DNA from: Nannocystis pusilla | GTDB lineage: Bacteria; Myxococcota_A; Polyangia; Nannocystales; Nannocystaceae | DNA length: 64,000 bases | Direction: 5' to 3' | Assembly (NCBI RefSeq): GCF_026626665.1 | Contig: NZ_JAPNKE010000002.1 | Span: 1,293,204-1,357,203, forward strand | Part shown: positions 9,696 to 20,091 of the stretch, in pieces | Position numbering within the stretch: the stretch's first letter is position 1 | Layout of the letters: every line of letters begins with the position of its first letter | Position numbers and translations under genes: made by a program | The notes under the pieces: model-generated | What the model saw: only the letters and a program-made list of their open reading frames with translations | Told to the model about the DNA's origin: nothing | Databases searched by the model: none

Positions 9696-9715
9696 ATGCC
9701 TCCGAGGGCGGAGGC

Positions 9716-10200
9716 TCACCCACCCGTTCGCTCGCGGTGCTTGCACCCAGGCCAGCAGCAGGGCCGGCGCTGGCCCTCTTCCAGCTCCTCTCGAGTCCTG
9801 CGAATGCGGCGCTCTCGCGTCTCCGCTTGCTTCGCGTCCTCGACCCAGCAGATGAACTCGTTGCGTGCCAGGGGGGTGATGTCCCTCCAGGCAGCAAGCG
9901 CCGTGGAGCTTGCGATCAGCGCCTCACGCAGGTCTTCAGGGAGTTTGTGCACCACCCCGCCGGGCACGCGCTTGCTGGTCACGGAGACGAGTAGGAGCGC
10001 AAGGGCCACCGGCGGTCAAGCCGTTCGCTCGCCGACCGTCGCGCGACCGGGCCGCGCATCACGCGAGCACCCTCTGCTGCCGCCCCAGGTTCGACGATAT
10101 CTTTCCGCATGCTCCGACGACCCAGTCCCGTGGAGCTCGCCGCGCGGTGACGGCGCCGTCGAGTCGCATGCTTCTCGGCGCTCGCCACGTCGCTCTGCAC
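9716..10200 (-). pseudogene. YdeI/OmpD-associated family (DUF1905 plus DUF1801-like) gene, disrupted
   Basis: C-terminal KLPEDLREALIASSTALAAWRDITPLARNEFICWVEDAKQAETRERRIRRTREELEEG in frame 9716..10009. DUF1905-like LGRRSMRKDIVEPGAAAEGARV in frame 9979..10200. A stop codon sits right upstream of the C-terminal frame. Confidence 0.4.
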
Positions 10201-10447
10201 GTCCTGCTTCGCATGGGCGCGGCCACGGAGCCAAGGCGACGAGCAGGACTTCCGCGCGAGGCCGCAGGAGCAGCGACGACCGGCCCAGGCACGCGCCAGG
10301 CCGGCCCGGCCTGATGATGACGCCGGACGCCGGCGCGAGGTGGACGACGCAGGGGACGGGTGTCTCCCTGCGTCGTCGACGAGCGTACCGGCGTACGGGG
10401 GCAGTGATTCGTCAGATTATCTTCATCGCGCCCGGTGGATCACGCGA

Positions 10448-12637
10448 TCACTGCACCCCTGCGGTCAGCGTGTAGTTTCCGGCGCCGGAGTACGACGCTA
10501 CCGTATACGTGTAGTAGCCCGCGGTGCCGACGTAGGAGATCGACTCGCTCGACGTCGCGGTCTCGGACTTGGCGACCTGGGCCCACGCGCTGCCGTTCCA
10601 CTTGAGGAGGTACAGGTCGAAGTCCGTCCCGTTCGGCCCGGTCAGGCAGGCCTTGTGCGTCTTGGTCGCGGTCGTCTGATAGTACGAGCCGTTCGGCTGG
10701 GCCTGCTGGGCCCCCGCGCCGGACAGGGTGCCCTGGTATTGCGTGCCCGTGCAGCTCCCGCCGCCGCCACCGCCACCGCCGCTGCCCGGATCGCCAGGCA
10801 CGCCGACGGCCGTCCACGCCGCGTGGACCGCAGCGACCTCCGCCGAGGCGGCCCCGTGGATCGCCGTGGCCGCCTGGGCCGTCGCGTTGCGGGCGTCCTG
10901 GAAGGTCGCGGTGGACTGCAGATAGGTCACCAGGGCGTCGTAGAAGATCTTGCTCGCCTTGGTGATCCCGATCCCCGTGACGTTGTTGGCCGTCTTGCCG
11001 CGCGGGTGGACCCCGCCGGTGACCAGCAGCTTGAACGCCAGGTTGGCGATGCCCGAGTTCAGGTGCACGCCGCCGTTGTCCTGACTGCCCTGGTAGCGGG
11101 TCGGCCAATAGTCGTACGACTGCCCGTCCTTGATCGGGTCGTCCATGTAGCGCATCGCGTCGCCGGAGGTGGTCGGCGTCCACGACGCCTCGGCCAGCTT
11201 CCACGTGGCCGCCGAGACCACGCCGCCGGCCACGTGGGCCTGCACCGAGGCCGCCATGACGTCGGAGAAGGCCTCGTTGAGCGCGCCGGACTGGTTCTGG
11301 TAGACGAGGTTCGCCTCGTACTGGGTGACCGCGTGGGTCAGCTCGTGGGCGACGATGTCGAGGTCGCGCGCGAGCGACGAGAAGTACTGCCCGCTGCCGT
11401 CGCCGTAGACCATCTGCTGGCCGTTCCAGAACGCGTTGTCGTAGCCGACGCTGAAGTGCACCGACGAGTGGATCGTCGCGCCGGCGCCGTTGAACGAGTC
11501 GCGGCCGAACCGATCCTTGTAGAAGTTGTAGGTCGTGCCCGCGTAGGTGAAGGCGTCCTTGGCCGAGAGGTCGGCCGAGCTGCCCGGATTGGCGATCTCG
11601 GAGCCGGGCAGGCTCTCGCCCTTCTTGGCGTCGTAGACCTTGCGCACCAGCGCCCGGTGGTGCTGCGGGTGGCGCGTCACGAGCTCGCCGGTCCGGGCGT
11701 CGGCGAACACGAAGTCGCGCTCGGGCCCGTCGGCGCTGGTGTAGGTCACCTCGGCCATCCACGCGAGCGCCACCGAGTCCTCGGTGACCACATAGACGAG
11801 GTCGGGTGCGTCGGTGCTGGCCGCGTCGGCCGGGAGCCCGCTCAGCACCTTCGCCAGCGCCGCCTCGCCCTCGACCTCCGGCTCGCTCGCCAGGTCCTCG
11901 CCGGCGATGAACCGCCCGCTCACCGCGTGTACGCGCCCGCTGACCCCGTCGGCGTGAACCGTCAGCTCGCCGCCGACGACCGGCAGGTCGTGCAGGTACT
12001 GCTGGAACTTCACGTGGACCTGGCCAAGGTCGTCGCTCTTCACGCGCAGCGGCTCGAGGTCGGTCGCCGCGTGCATGCGGAACACCGGCGCGACATCCTG
12101 CAGGAACGTCTGCGCCGCCGCCCGCGGCTCGCCTTTCGGCAGGAACCCGAGGTCGCCCGCGACCAGCGACGGCACCCCGTCGCCCGCCGTCACGACCTGA
12201 TCGATCCGCGGCAGCCGCGACAGCGCCGCCCCCTGCGTCACCATCAGCGTGGTCGGCCGCCTCTTCGCCGCGTCGGCGACCATCTCGGCGTCGACCAGGA
12301 AGCTGTCACCCAGCTCGAGCCGCGCCGGGATCACGCCCCATGCCTCGCCGCGGCGCGCCAGCAGGTCCTGCAGCAGCGAGCGGCGCCCGTCCTCACCGAC
12401 CACGACGACCCTGGAGAAGTCGATCGGCCCGGCCGCGAACGAGAACCGCACCGCCTCCACCCCCAGGTCGAGCTCGAGCACGCCTGCCGCTCCGAGCCCC
12501 TCGAGATCCTCGGCGGTGACGATGCGCTCCGCCGTGGCGACATCATCTCCCGCTGCACCACCTCCTTCGTAGCAGGCCGACAGCAGGAAACACGAGACGA
12601 TCGACGAGACGACTCCAGCGGTACGAAGCATGCACAT
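10448..12637 (-). CDS. Secreted M4 (thermolysin/vibriolysin-like) zinc metalloprotease with a C-terminal PPC-like domain
   Basis: VAHELTHAV (HExxH), GALNEAFSD, signal peptide, 729 aa. The antisense ORF 10340..12769 is Arg-rich junk. Confidence 0.9.
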   Translation of the reverse strand: MCMLRTAGVVSSIVSCFLLSACYEGGGAAGDDVATAERIVTAEDLEGLGAAGVLELDLGVEAVRFSFAAGPIDFSRVVVVGEDGRRSLLQDLLARRGEAWGVIPARLELGDSFLVDAEMVADAAKRRPTTLMVTQGAALSRLPRIDQVVTAGDGVPSLVAGDLGFLPKGEPRAAAQTFLQDVAPVFRMHAATDLEPLRVKSDDLGQVHVKFQQYLHDLPVVGGELTVHADGVSGRVHAVSGRFIAGEDLASEPEVEGEAALAKVLSGLPADAASTDAPDLVYVVTEDSVALAWMAEVTYTSADGPERDFVFADARTGELVTRHPQHHRALVRKVYDAKKGESLPGSEIANPGSSADLSAKDAFTYAGTTYNFYKDRFGRDSFNGAGATIHSSVHFSVGYDNAFWNGQQMVYGDGSGQYFSSLARDLDIVAHELTHAVTQYEANLVYQNQSGALNEAFSDVMAASVQAHVAGGVVSAATWKLAEASWTPTTSGDAMRYMDDPIKDGQSYDYWPTRYQGSQDNGGVHLNSGIANLAFKLLVTGGVHPRGKTANNVTGIGITKASKIFYDALVTYLQSTATFQDARNATAQAATAIHGAASAEVAAVHAAWTAVGVPGDPGSGGGGGGGGSCTGTQYQGTLSGAGAQQAQPNGSYYQTTATKTHKACLTGPNGTDFDLYLLKWNGSAWAQVAKSETATSSESISYVGTAGYYTYTVASYSGAGNYTLTAGVQ

Positions 12638-12639
12638 TC

Positions 12640-13948
12640 CTCCTCCAGCGGGAATTCAGGGCCCATGCGAAATGGCCCTGTCCCGTGGAACATGTCCGAA
12701 GCACCCTTGCCCAGAGGCAAGGACGGGGTCAGCACGACCCCTATGACAGCAGCACCATACCAGAGGTGACCTGTATCCACAATCTCCCGCGCCGACCACG
12801 ACCCGGTGCAGGTCGCCCCGCGGGGCGACACGTCTCGGAGCGCGTGGCGGCCCGCTGCGAGCCAAATCTTCTGCGAAGGCGCCGGCCCCCGAGACGGCGC
12901 GCGCGCTCGGCCCCTCGCAGGGCCGGTGTGCGCTTGGCCGGGTGCTCGGCGAATGCGCAGGCCGGCAGTGGCCGTCGCGGGTCCGGGAGGTGCTCGGCGA
13001 ATGTGGGGCGGGGCCAGCACGGGCACGAACGGTCGGGGCTGCCGACCCCAGATGCGGGCTGAAGGCCGTAGGAAGCGGGCTCGGCCGTCGATCCTTCACG
13101 TCGATGCGCGTCGATACTTCGCCTCGCTCGCGCTCCACCTTTCTTCTCGGAGTGCTCGATGCGCGCGTACGACCCGAACGATCGGGCTATGCAGCCCGAT
13201 GAACGGGCACGGGCCGTCTGCGGGGAGCGAGAACTGCTTCGATTCGGCGGCGCGTTCGCCCTCGCTGTGCGACCGCCCCGGGAACGAGAGCGGCTCCACG
13301 TGGCTGTACCAGACATGCCCGAGAGCCCGTTGTGGCGCACCCAATGGGCGATGGCCTTCACCTCGACGGAACACGCGTCAATCTGCACGTCGTGGGGCGC
13401 GGCGAAGACGGTGGCGACTTGGATCGTCTCGCACGAGCGCGATCCGGGCATCCATAGTCGGGAGGATGATCGGGTCGGCGAGCTGCAGCGAATCGCGTGA
13501 CCGATTGCGGGCGTACCTGCTTTTCGTCCGCGGCGGATCGGCGACCTGAGTCTCCCACGAATCGATTCGACAGGGGGTCGACCGATAGCTTCGATTCGCG
13601 TCACGCCGCCGATCCCAGTAAGCCATCGCAGACGCGATCGTAGTTCGCGCGGGCGCGAACCTGCTCGCGGCCTCGCGGGCTGGCACAGTGGGCGGGCGGT
13701 GGCTCCGATCGGCGGCGAACTCGTACACCGCGCCGCGGCCGCAGCGCCGTCGGGTGATCTTGACATACAGGCGGGTCTCGTGGACAACCGACTCCGATGA
13801 TCGGAGGGCCGACCTTGCCATGAGGCAGGCGCTGTGACGCTCCTGCGTCATGGCACGGGAGTCTCTCCACATATGAGTACGGGGATTCGTCGACAGGCGG
13901 CCCCCCGCGGCGAGAGCTCGCAATCGCGGTCGCGCAAGGGAGGACCAG
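12640..13948. other. 1.3-kb stretch with no convincing CDS and slightly lower GC
   Basis: Direct repeat GGTGCTCGGCGAATG at about 12945 and 12990. Palindrome CGAATCGATTCG at about 13565, with TTCGATTCG repeats. Palindrome at 13818-13853. One short minus-frame peptide (ETIQVATVFAAPHDVQIDACSVEVKAIAHWVRHNGLSGMSG) looks protein-like. Confidence 0.4.
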
Positions 13949-15124
13949 GTGCTGAGTTACGAGAAGATGTTCCAGTCCTCGGCAGGACTTTTGGCCACGG
14001 TGGACGCGAGCGGCCACTTCCGCGCCCTGAATCCGACATGGGAGCGGATCCTCGGCTGGTCCCTCGACGAGCTGAGGAGCAAGCCGTTCATCGAGTTCGT
14101 CCATCCGAGCGACCGCGAGGCCACGCTCGCCGAGGTGGCCAATCTTCTCCAGGGCAACCCGGTCGAGCGGTTCGACAACCGCTACCTGTGCAAGGACGGC
14201 TCGTACAGGTGGCTCGGCTGGGCCGCGCGGGTGGACGAGGGGGACGAGCCGTCGGAGCAGCTCATCCATGCGACGGCGATCGACGTGACGCGCGAGCGGG
14301 AGCAGCTGGCGCAGCTCGAGCCCCGGCTGCAGGACGCCAAGGTCTACGAGAAGTTGTTCCGGGTCTCGGTGGGCCTCCTCGTCACCCTGGACTCGAACGG
14401 GTATTTCCGCCACGCCAATCCGTCGTGGGAGCGGCTCCTCGGCTGGAGCCCCGAGGAGATGACGGCGAGGCCGTTCATCGAGTTCGTCCATCCCGACGAC
14501 CGCCCGGCGACGGTCGCCGAGGCCGCGGCCCTGTTCGAGGGCAAGATGACCATCCGCTTCGACAACCGCTATCAATGCAAGGACGGCACCTACAAGTGGC
14601 TCGCCTGGACGGCCTACATGGACCCGAGCGAGGACGAGTCGACCCGGCTCGTGTACGGCACGGCCCATGACGTCACCTCGTACAAGGAGCTCCTCGGCGA
14701 GTTCGAGCGGACGCTCGCACGGCTCCGCGACACGATGGAGGCGATGTCGACGCCGTTCATCCCGATTACCGAGCGGATCGTGGTCATGCCGCTCGTGGGC
14801 CAGATGGACGCGGACCGGATCCATCAGGTGATGACCGTCGCGCTCGAAGGCGTGCAGTCGACCCACGTCCAGGTGGTCATCCTCGACGTGACGGGCTTGC
14901 GCGACCTCGACACTCGTGTGGCGCGCGCGCTGCTCGACACGGCCAAGGGGCTGCAGCTGCTCGGTGCACGGACGATCCTGACCGGAATCCGGCCGTCCCT
15001 CGCGCAGACGCTCGTCGGTCTCGGGCTCGACCTGGGCAGCATCGTCACCAAGGGGACCCTCCAGAGCGCGATCGCGTCGGCGCTGAAGAACGACCTGGCT
15101 TCGGGCAGGCCCGACCTCGTCTGA
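13949..15124 (+). CDS. PAS-PAS-STAS protein (RsbR/anti-sigma-antagonist-like sensor)
   Basis: Two PAS repeats (FIEFVHP..DR...) then STAS (FIPITERIVVMPLVGQMDADRIHQVMTVALEGVQ...VILDVTGL...LLGARTILTGIRPSLAQTLVGLGLDL). GTG at 13949 with AAGGGAGGA upstream. Confidence 0.8.
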   Translation: MLSYEKMFQSSAGLLATVDASGHFRALNPTWERILGWSLDELRSKPFIEFVHPSDREATLAEVANLLQGNPVERFDNRYLCKDGSYRWLGWAARVDEGDEPSEQLIHATAIDVTREREQLAQLEPRLQDAKVYEKLFRVSVGLLVTLDSNGYFRHANPSWERLLGWSPEEMTARPFIEFVHPDDRPATVAEAAALFEGKMTIRFDNRYQCKDGTYKWLAWTAYMDPSEDESTRLVYGTAHDVTSYKELLGEFERTLARLRDTMEAMSTPFIPITERIVVMPLVGQMDADRIHQVMTVALEGVQSTHVQVVILDVTGLRDLDTRVARALLDTAKGLQLLGARTILTGIRPSLAQTLVGLGLDLGSIVTKGTLQSAIASALKNDLASGRPDLV

Positions 15125-15159
15125 TCGCCCTGTACCGGCGATGTCCCGCGCTCGCGCGC

Positions 15160-15193
15160 GTTGACACGATCCGCGGAACGGGTGAACCATCGC
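15160..15193 (+). promoter_or_regulatory. Putative promoter TTGACA-N16-TGAACCAT upstream of 15196
   Basis: gcgTTGACAcgatccgcggaacgggTGAACCATcgcgcATG. The same TTGACA...TGAACCAT arrangement occurs at the marR promoter. Confidence 0.35.
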
Positions 15194-15195
15194 GC

Positions 15196-15540
15196 ATGGT
15201 TTGGGTCCCCGAGACTCACCTGTTCTCCTGCGCCGGATGCGACGAGCTGGTACGCGCCGCCGATCCGGTCTGTCCCCACTGCGGCGTGTCGCGGTCCCGC
15301 GCGGAGCGCACGGGCCCGTTGGCCGCGCTGGCCGCCGCTCTCGTGGTCTCCGCCTGTACCACCGGCCAGCCCGCATACGGCGGGCCTGACACCGATTCGG
15401 AGGGGACGGAGGTGACCCAGACGGACGCGACGACGACGGACACGGCGACGACGGGCGCGACGACGACGGACGCTACGGGCACGACGGCGCCGACGACGGG
15501 CACGGGCTCGGCGGCGACCACCGACGACACGACCGGGTAG
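15196..15540 (+). CDS. Small zinc-ribbon membrane protein with a Thr-rich tail
   Basis: CAGCDEL...CPHCG (CxxC...CxxC), one TM helix (LAALAAALVVSAC), TTTDTATTGATTTDATGT tail. Confidence 0.45.
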   Translation: MVWVPETHLFSCAGCDELVRAADPVCPHCGVSRSRAERTGPLAALAAALVVSACTTGQPAYGGPDTDSEGTEVTQTDATTTDTATTGATTTDATGTTAPTTGTGSAATTDDTTG

Positions 15541-16117
15541 CTGCGCACGGCGTCGATCGACCTCGTGCTTGTCGGCTGCGCATTCGCGACGCGCCGGGCG
15601 AGACCGTTTGCGCCACTCGCCGACTGCACGTCGAATGCAGCGTCGTACGAGGACCGGCGGACGACGTCGGTCCGGTGATTCGAGCAATCGAGTCACACGT
15701 CCTGAATGGACTGCCTCGCACCCTGGTGATTGTCACCCCACGGATCGGTCTCGCTCGGGATGTCCCGGAGGAACTCGCGACGGCCGCGGCCGAGGACGAC
15801 GTCTCCTCGCCCTTAGCTCGCGCTGCAACCCACTGTCGACGCGATGCGCCGAGTGATGCGCGCTACCGCGGGCCGTCATGCCACTGCAGAGGCCGTCGGA
15901 GGCCTCGCGCGTCGCCCACGGTTGCGCATGGCGGCCTCGTCGGTGGCGCGCTCGTTTGCCGTCTCGGGGGTCTGTTTATCGCCCGGTTCGAGGATTGGGC
16001 CGCCATGGCGAGCTCAGAGCGATGGCGGAAATTGCGCCCTGCAGTCGTGCCTCGCTCGGAGCGAGGCGGTGATTCCCTTCGCACGGTCGAAGGGCACCGC
16101 TGGCCGGTGAGTCTCCG

Positions 16118-16135
16118 CAAGAATCGTGATTCTTG
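16118..16135. promoter_or_regulatory. 18-bp palindrome CAAGAATCGTGATTCTTG about 45 bp upstream of the hybrid kinase start
   Basis: 8-bp perfect arms and an AT-rich island in GC-rich DNA. Candidate operator. Confidence 0.45.
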
Positions 16136-16177
16136 GGCGTGCCGCGGCTTCGGACCTCGGTGCGGTAATGGAGAGTC

Positions 16178-19100
16178 ATGGTGCTTGACTCGGATGTCTC
16201 CGCCGGCCGCTCGGGCAGGTTGCACGTGCTCGCCGGTGGCGGCGAGATGGGCGCGCGCATGCGGGAGATCGACTGGGCGAAGACGCCGCTCGGCCCCGTC
16301 GACGCCTGGCCGCAGAGCCTCAAGACCTGCGTGCGAATCATCCTGACCTCGCTCCAGCCGATGTTCGTCTGGTGGGGCGACGAGCTCATCAACCTGTACA
16401 ACGACGCCTACAAGTCGATCGTCGGCGGCAAGCACCCGGAGGCGCTCGGACAGCCCGCCTCCGTCGTGTGGCGCGAGATCTGGGATCAGGTCGGGCCGCG
16501 CGCCGCGTCGGCGATGCGCCTCAACGAGGGCACGTACGACGAGGCGCTGCTGCTGATCATGGAGCGCTACGGCTACCCGGAGGAGACGTACTACACGTTC
16601 TCCTACAGCCCGGTGCCGAACGACCAGGGCGGGACCGGCGGGATCATCTGCGCCAACACCGACGACACGCAGCGGATCATCGGTGAGCGCCAGCTCGCCC
16701 TGCTGCGCGAGCTGGCCGCCCGCACGACCGAGGCGCGCACGTGGGAAGAGGTGTGCGTCCGCGGCGCGGCGTCGCTGCAGACCAACCCGAAGGACCTGCC
16801 GTTCGCGCTGATCTACATCGCCGACGCCGACCGGCGCCGCGTGCAGCTGGCGGGGGCAGCCGGGCTCCCGCGCGGCCACGCCGGCGCGCCGGAGGTCGTG
16901 TCGACGCTCGAGGACTCGGTGTGGCCGTTCGCCGAGGCGCTGCACGGGCACGAGCGCGTCATCGAGATACCGCCTGTCCTCGGGGACATCCCCACCGGCG
17001 CCTGGCCGCGACCGCCGACGCACGCCGTCGCCCTGCCGATCGCCCCGTCGGGGGAGACCGGTCGCGCCGGGGTCTTGCTCGTCGGGCTGAGCCCGTTCCG
17101 CAAGCTCGACGACAACTACCGCGGCTTCTTGCAGCTGGTCGCCGGGCAGCTCGCGGCCAGCATCGCCAACGCGCAGGCCTACGAGGAGGAGCGGCGGCGG
17201 GCCGAGGCGCTCGCCGAGCTCGATCGCGCCAAGACGATCTTCTTCAGCAACGTCAGCCACGAGTTTCGCACGCCGCTGACGCTGATGCTCGGCCCGCTCG
17301 AGGACGCGCTCTCGGCGGCGAAGCGCCGGCTCGAGGGCGCCGACCTCGACACTGCGTACCGCAACGCCGTCCGCCTGCTCAAGCTCGTCAACGTGCTGCT
17401 CGACTTCTCGCGCATCGAGGCCGGGCGGATCCAGGCGTCGTACGAGCCGATCGATCTGTCGGCCCTGACGACCGACCTGGCGAGCGCGTTCCGCTCGGCC
17501 GTCGAGCGCGCCGGTCTCGTCTTCGACGTCGACTGTCCGCCGCTCTCCGAGCCGATCCACGTCGACCACGACATGTGGGAGAAGATCGTGCTCAACCTGC
17601 TGTCGAACGCGCTCAAGTTCACGTTCGAGGGCACGATCGCGGTCGCGCTGCGCCTGCGCGGCGACCAGGTCGAGCTGACCGTCCGCGACACCGGCACCGG
17701 CATCCCGGAGCACGAGCTGCCGCACCTGTTCCGGCGCTTTCATCGGGTCCAGGGCGCGCGCTCACGGACCCACGAGGGCTCGGGGATCGGGCTCGCGCTG
17801 GTCCACGAGCTCGTGCGCCTGCACGAAGGGACGATCCACGTCACCAGCGAGGTCGGCGTCGGCACGACGTTCACGGTGGCGATCCCACGCGGCCACGCGC
17901 ACCTGCCCGCGGAAAAGATCAACCTCCGCCGCACCCAGGTGTCGTCGGCCACCGGCGCGGCGCCGTACGTGCAGGAGGCGCTGCGCTGGCTGGCCGGCCC
18001 GCAGCAAGGCGACGACGACCTCGCCGCGGACGCGCTGGGGGCCGCCTCCGATCCGGCGCTCGAAGCCGGACCGCCGGCGCGGATCCTGCTCGCCGACGAC
18101 AACGCCGACATGCGCGACTACGTCGGCCGCGTGCTGCAGCAGCGGTGGATCGTCGACGCCGTCCCCGACGGCGCCGTCGCGCTCGCGGCGGCGCTGGAGC
18201 GCCCGCCCGACCTCGTCTTGACCGACGTCATGATGCCGAACCTCGACGGCTTCGGCCTGCTCCGCGCGCTGCGCGAGGACCCGCGCACGCGGCGGATCCC
18301 GGTGCTGATGCTGTCGGCGCGCGCAGGCGAGGAGTCGCGCGTCGAGGGCCTCGAGGCCGGCGCCGACGACTACCTCGTCAAGCCGTTCTCCGCGCGCGAG
18401 CTGGTCGCCCGCGTCGCCACTCACCTGCAGATCGCCCGCCTGCGCGCCGCCGCGGAGCGCGAGCGCGAGAAGCTGTACGACCTGTTCATGCAGGCGCCGG
18501 TGCCGATCGCCGTGTTCGTCGGTCGGGAGCACCGCTACGTGGTCGCCAACCCGCCGTACTGCGAGATGCTCGGGCGCCCGGAGCTGGTCGGCCAGACCGT
18601 GCGCGAGGCGTTCCCGGAGATCGGCGAGCACGCCATGATCACGTCGCTCGACACCGTGATGGCGACCGGTCGACCCGTCCACGTGTTCGAGCTCAACATC
18701 CCGGTCATGCGCCACGGCGTCATCCGGGACGCTTACTTCAACTACGTCGCGCAGCCGATCCGCGACCCGAGCGACGCGGTCACCGGGGCCATGGTCGTCG
18801 CCTTCGAGGTCACCGAGCAGGTGCTCGCGCGTCATCGCGTCGAGCGGCTCTCCGAGGAGCTGGCGCTGTCGAACAAGGAGCTCGACCAGTTCGCCTACGT
18901 CGCCTCGCACGACCTCAAGGCGCCGCTGCGGGGGATCGCCAGCCTGTCGCAGTGGATCGAGGAGGCGCTCGCCGACAAGATCGACGAGGAGTCGCAGCGG
19001 CACATGCACCTGCTGCGCAGGCGCGTGCTCCGGCTCGAGACGCTGATCGACGGGATCCTCCATTACTCGCGCGCCGGCCGCATGCGCGTCGACGCGGTCA

Positions 19101-19539
19101 CCGTCGACACCGGACAGTTGCTGGCCGAGGTGGTCGAACTGTTGAGCCCGCCGCCGTCCGCCCGGATCACGATCGCCCCCGGCATGCCGATGTTGACCGC
19201 CGAGCGCGTCCCGCTCCAGCAGGTGTTCCAGAACCTGATCAGCAACGCCCTGAAGCACGCGCGCCGCGACGATGTCCACATCGCAGTCTCGTGGCGCGAC
19301 GCGGGCCAGTCGTACGAATTCTCGTTCCGTGATGATGGGCCGGGAATGCGCCTGAATTCCACGAAAGGATTTGGGGCCTGTTCCAGACGCTCGAGTCGCG
19401 CGACAAGTTCGAGGGCGCGGGCATCGGGCTGTCGGTGGTCAAGAAGATCGTCGAGAGCCGCGGAGGCAGCGTCGCCCTCGAGTCGCAAGCCGGCGCGGGC
19501 GCGACGTTCGTCGTGCGCTGGCCCAAGCGCCCCGGCTGA
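16178..19539 (+). CDS. Double hybrid sensor histidine kinase (PAS-GAF-HisKA-HATPase-REC-PAS-HisKA-HATPase). Frameshift near 19334 from one G missing in GGGG.
   Basis: H-boxes SNVSHEFRTPL and YVASHDLKAPL. Receiver RILLADDNADMRDY...DLVLTDVMMPNLDG...DYLVKPF. The final HATPase continues in another frame as EFHERIWGLFQTLESRDKFEGAGIGLSVVKKIVESRGGSVALESQAGAGATFVVRWPKRPG*. Confidence 0.85.
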
Positions 19540-19625
19540 GAGCGGTCGCGGCGCGCCTTGCTTTGTCGGTCGCGCCGAAGCTGACCTTCCAGCCTCCTCC
19601 GCGACCGCCCCGAACACGAGCCCCG

Positions 19626-20039
19626 ATGGATACCCGCGAGCTGCACATCCTTCTGGTCGATGACGACGAGGTCGACGTCCTGACGGTCAAGCGCGCCTTC
19701 CAGCGCAACCGGCTGACCAACCCGATCCACGTCGCCAACAACGGGATCGAGGCGCTCGAGAAGCTGCGCGACGGCTCGCTGGGACCGCGCCGGCTGGTGC
19801 TGCTCGACATCAACATGCCGAAGATGAACGGCATCGAGTTCCTGCGGGCCCTCCGCGCCGACGCGGCGCTGCAGACCACGTCGGTCGTCGTGCTGACGAC
19901 CTCGAACGAGGAGCGCGACAAGATCGACGCGTTCAAGCTCAACGTCGCCGGCTACCTGCTCAAGCCGGTCACGTTCGGCAACTTCATCGACGTGATGGCG
20001 ACGCTCAACAAGTACTGGACCCTGGTCGAGATGCCGTGA
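19626..20039 (+). CDS. CheY-like single-domain response regulator
   Basis: MDTRELHILLVDDDEVDVLTVKRAF...LVLLDINMPKMNGIEFLRALR...LTTSNEERD...AGYLLKPV. Confidence 0.85.
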   Translation: MDTRELHILLVDDDEVDVLTVKRAFQRNRLTNPIHVANNGIEALEKLRDGSLGPRRLVLLDINMPKMNGIEFLRALRADAALQTTSVVVLTTSNEERDKIDAFKLNVAGYLLKPVTFGNFIDVMATLNKYWTLVEMP

Positions 20040-20091
20040 CCCCGCCTCCCCCGAGCAGGAGAACGTTTCGAGCCCGCGCCCCGGTGAGCCG

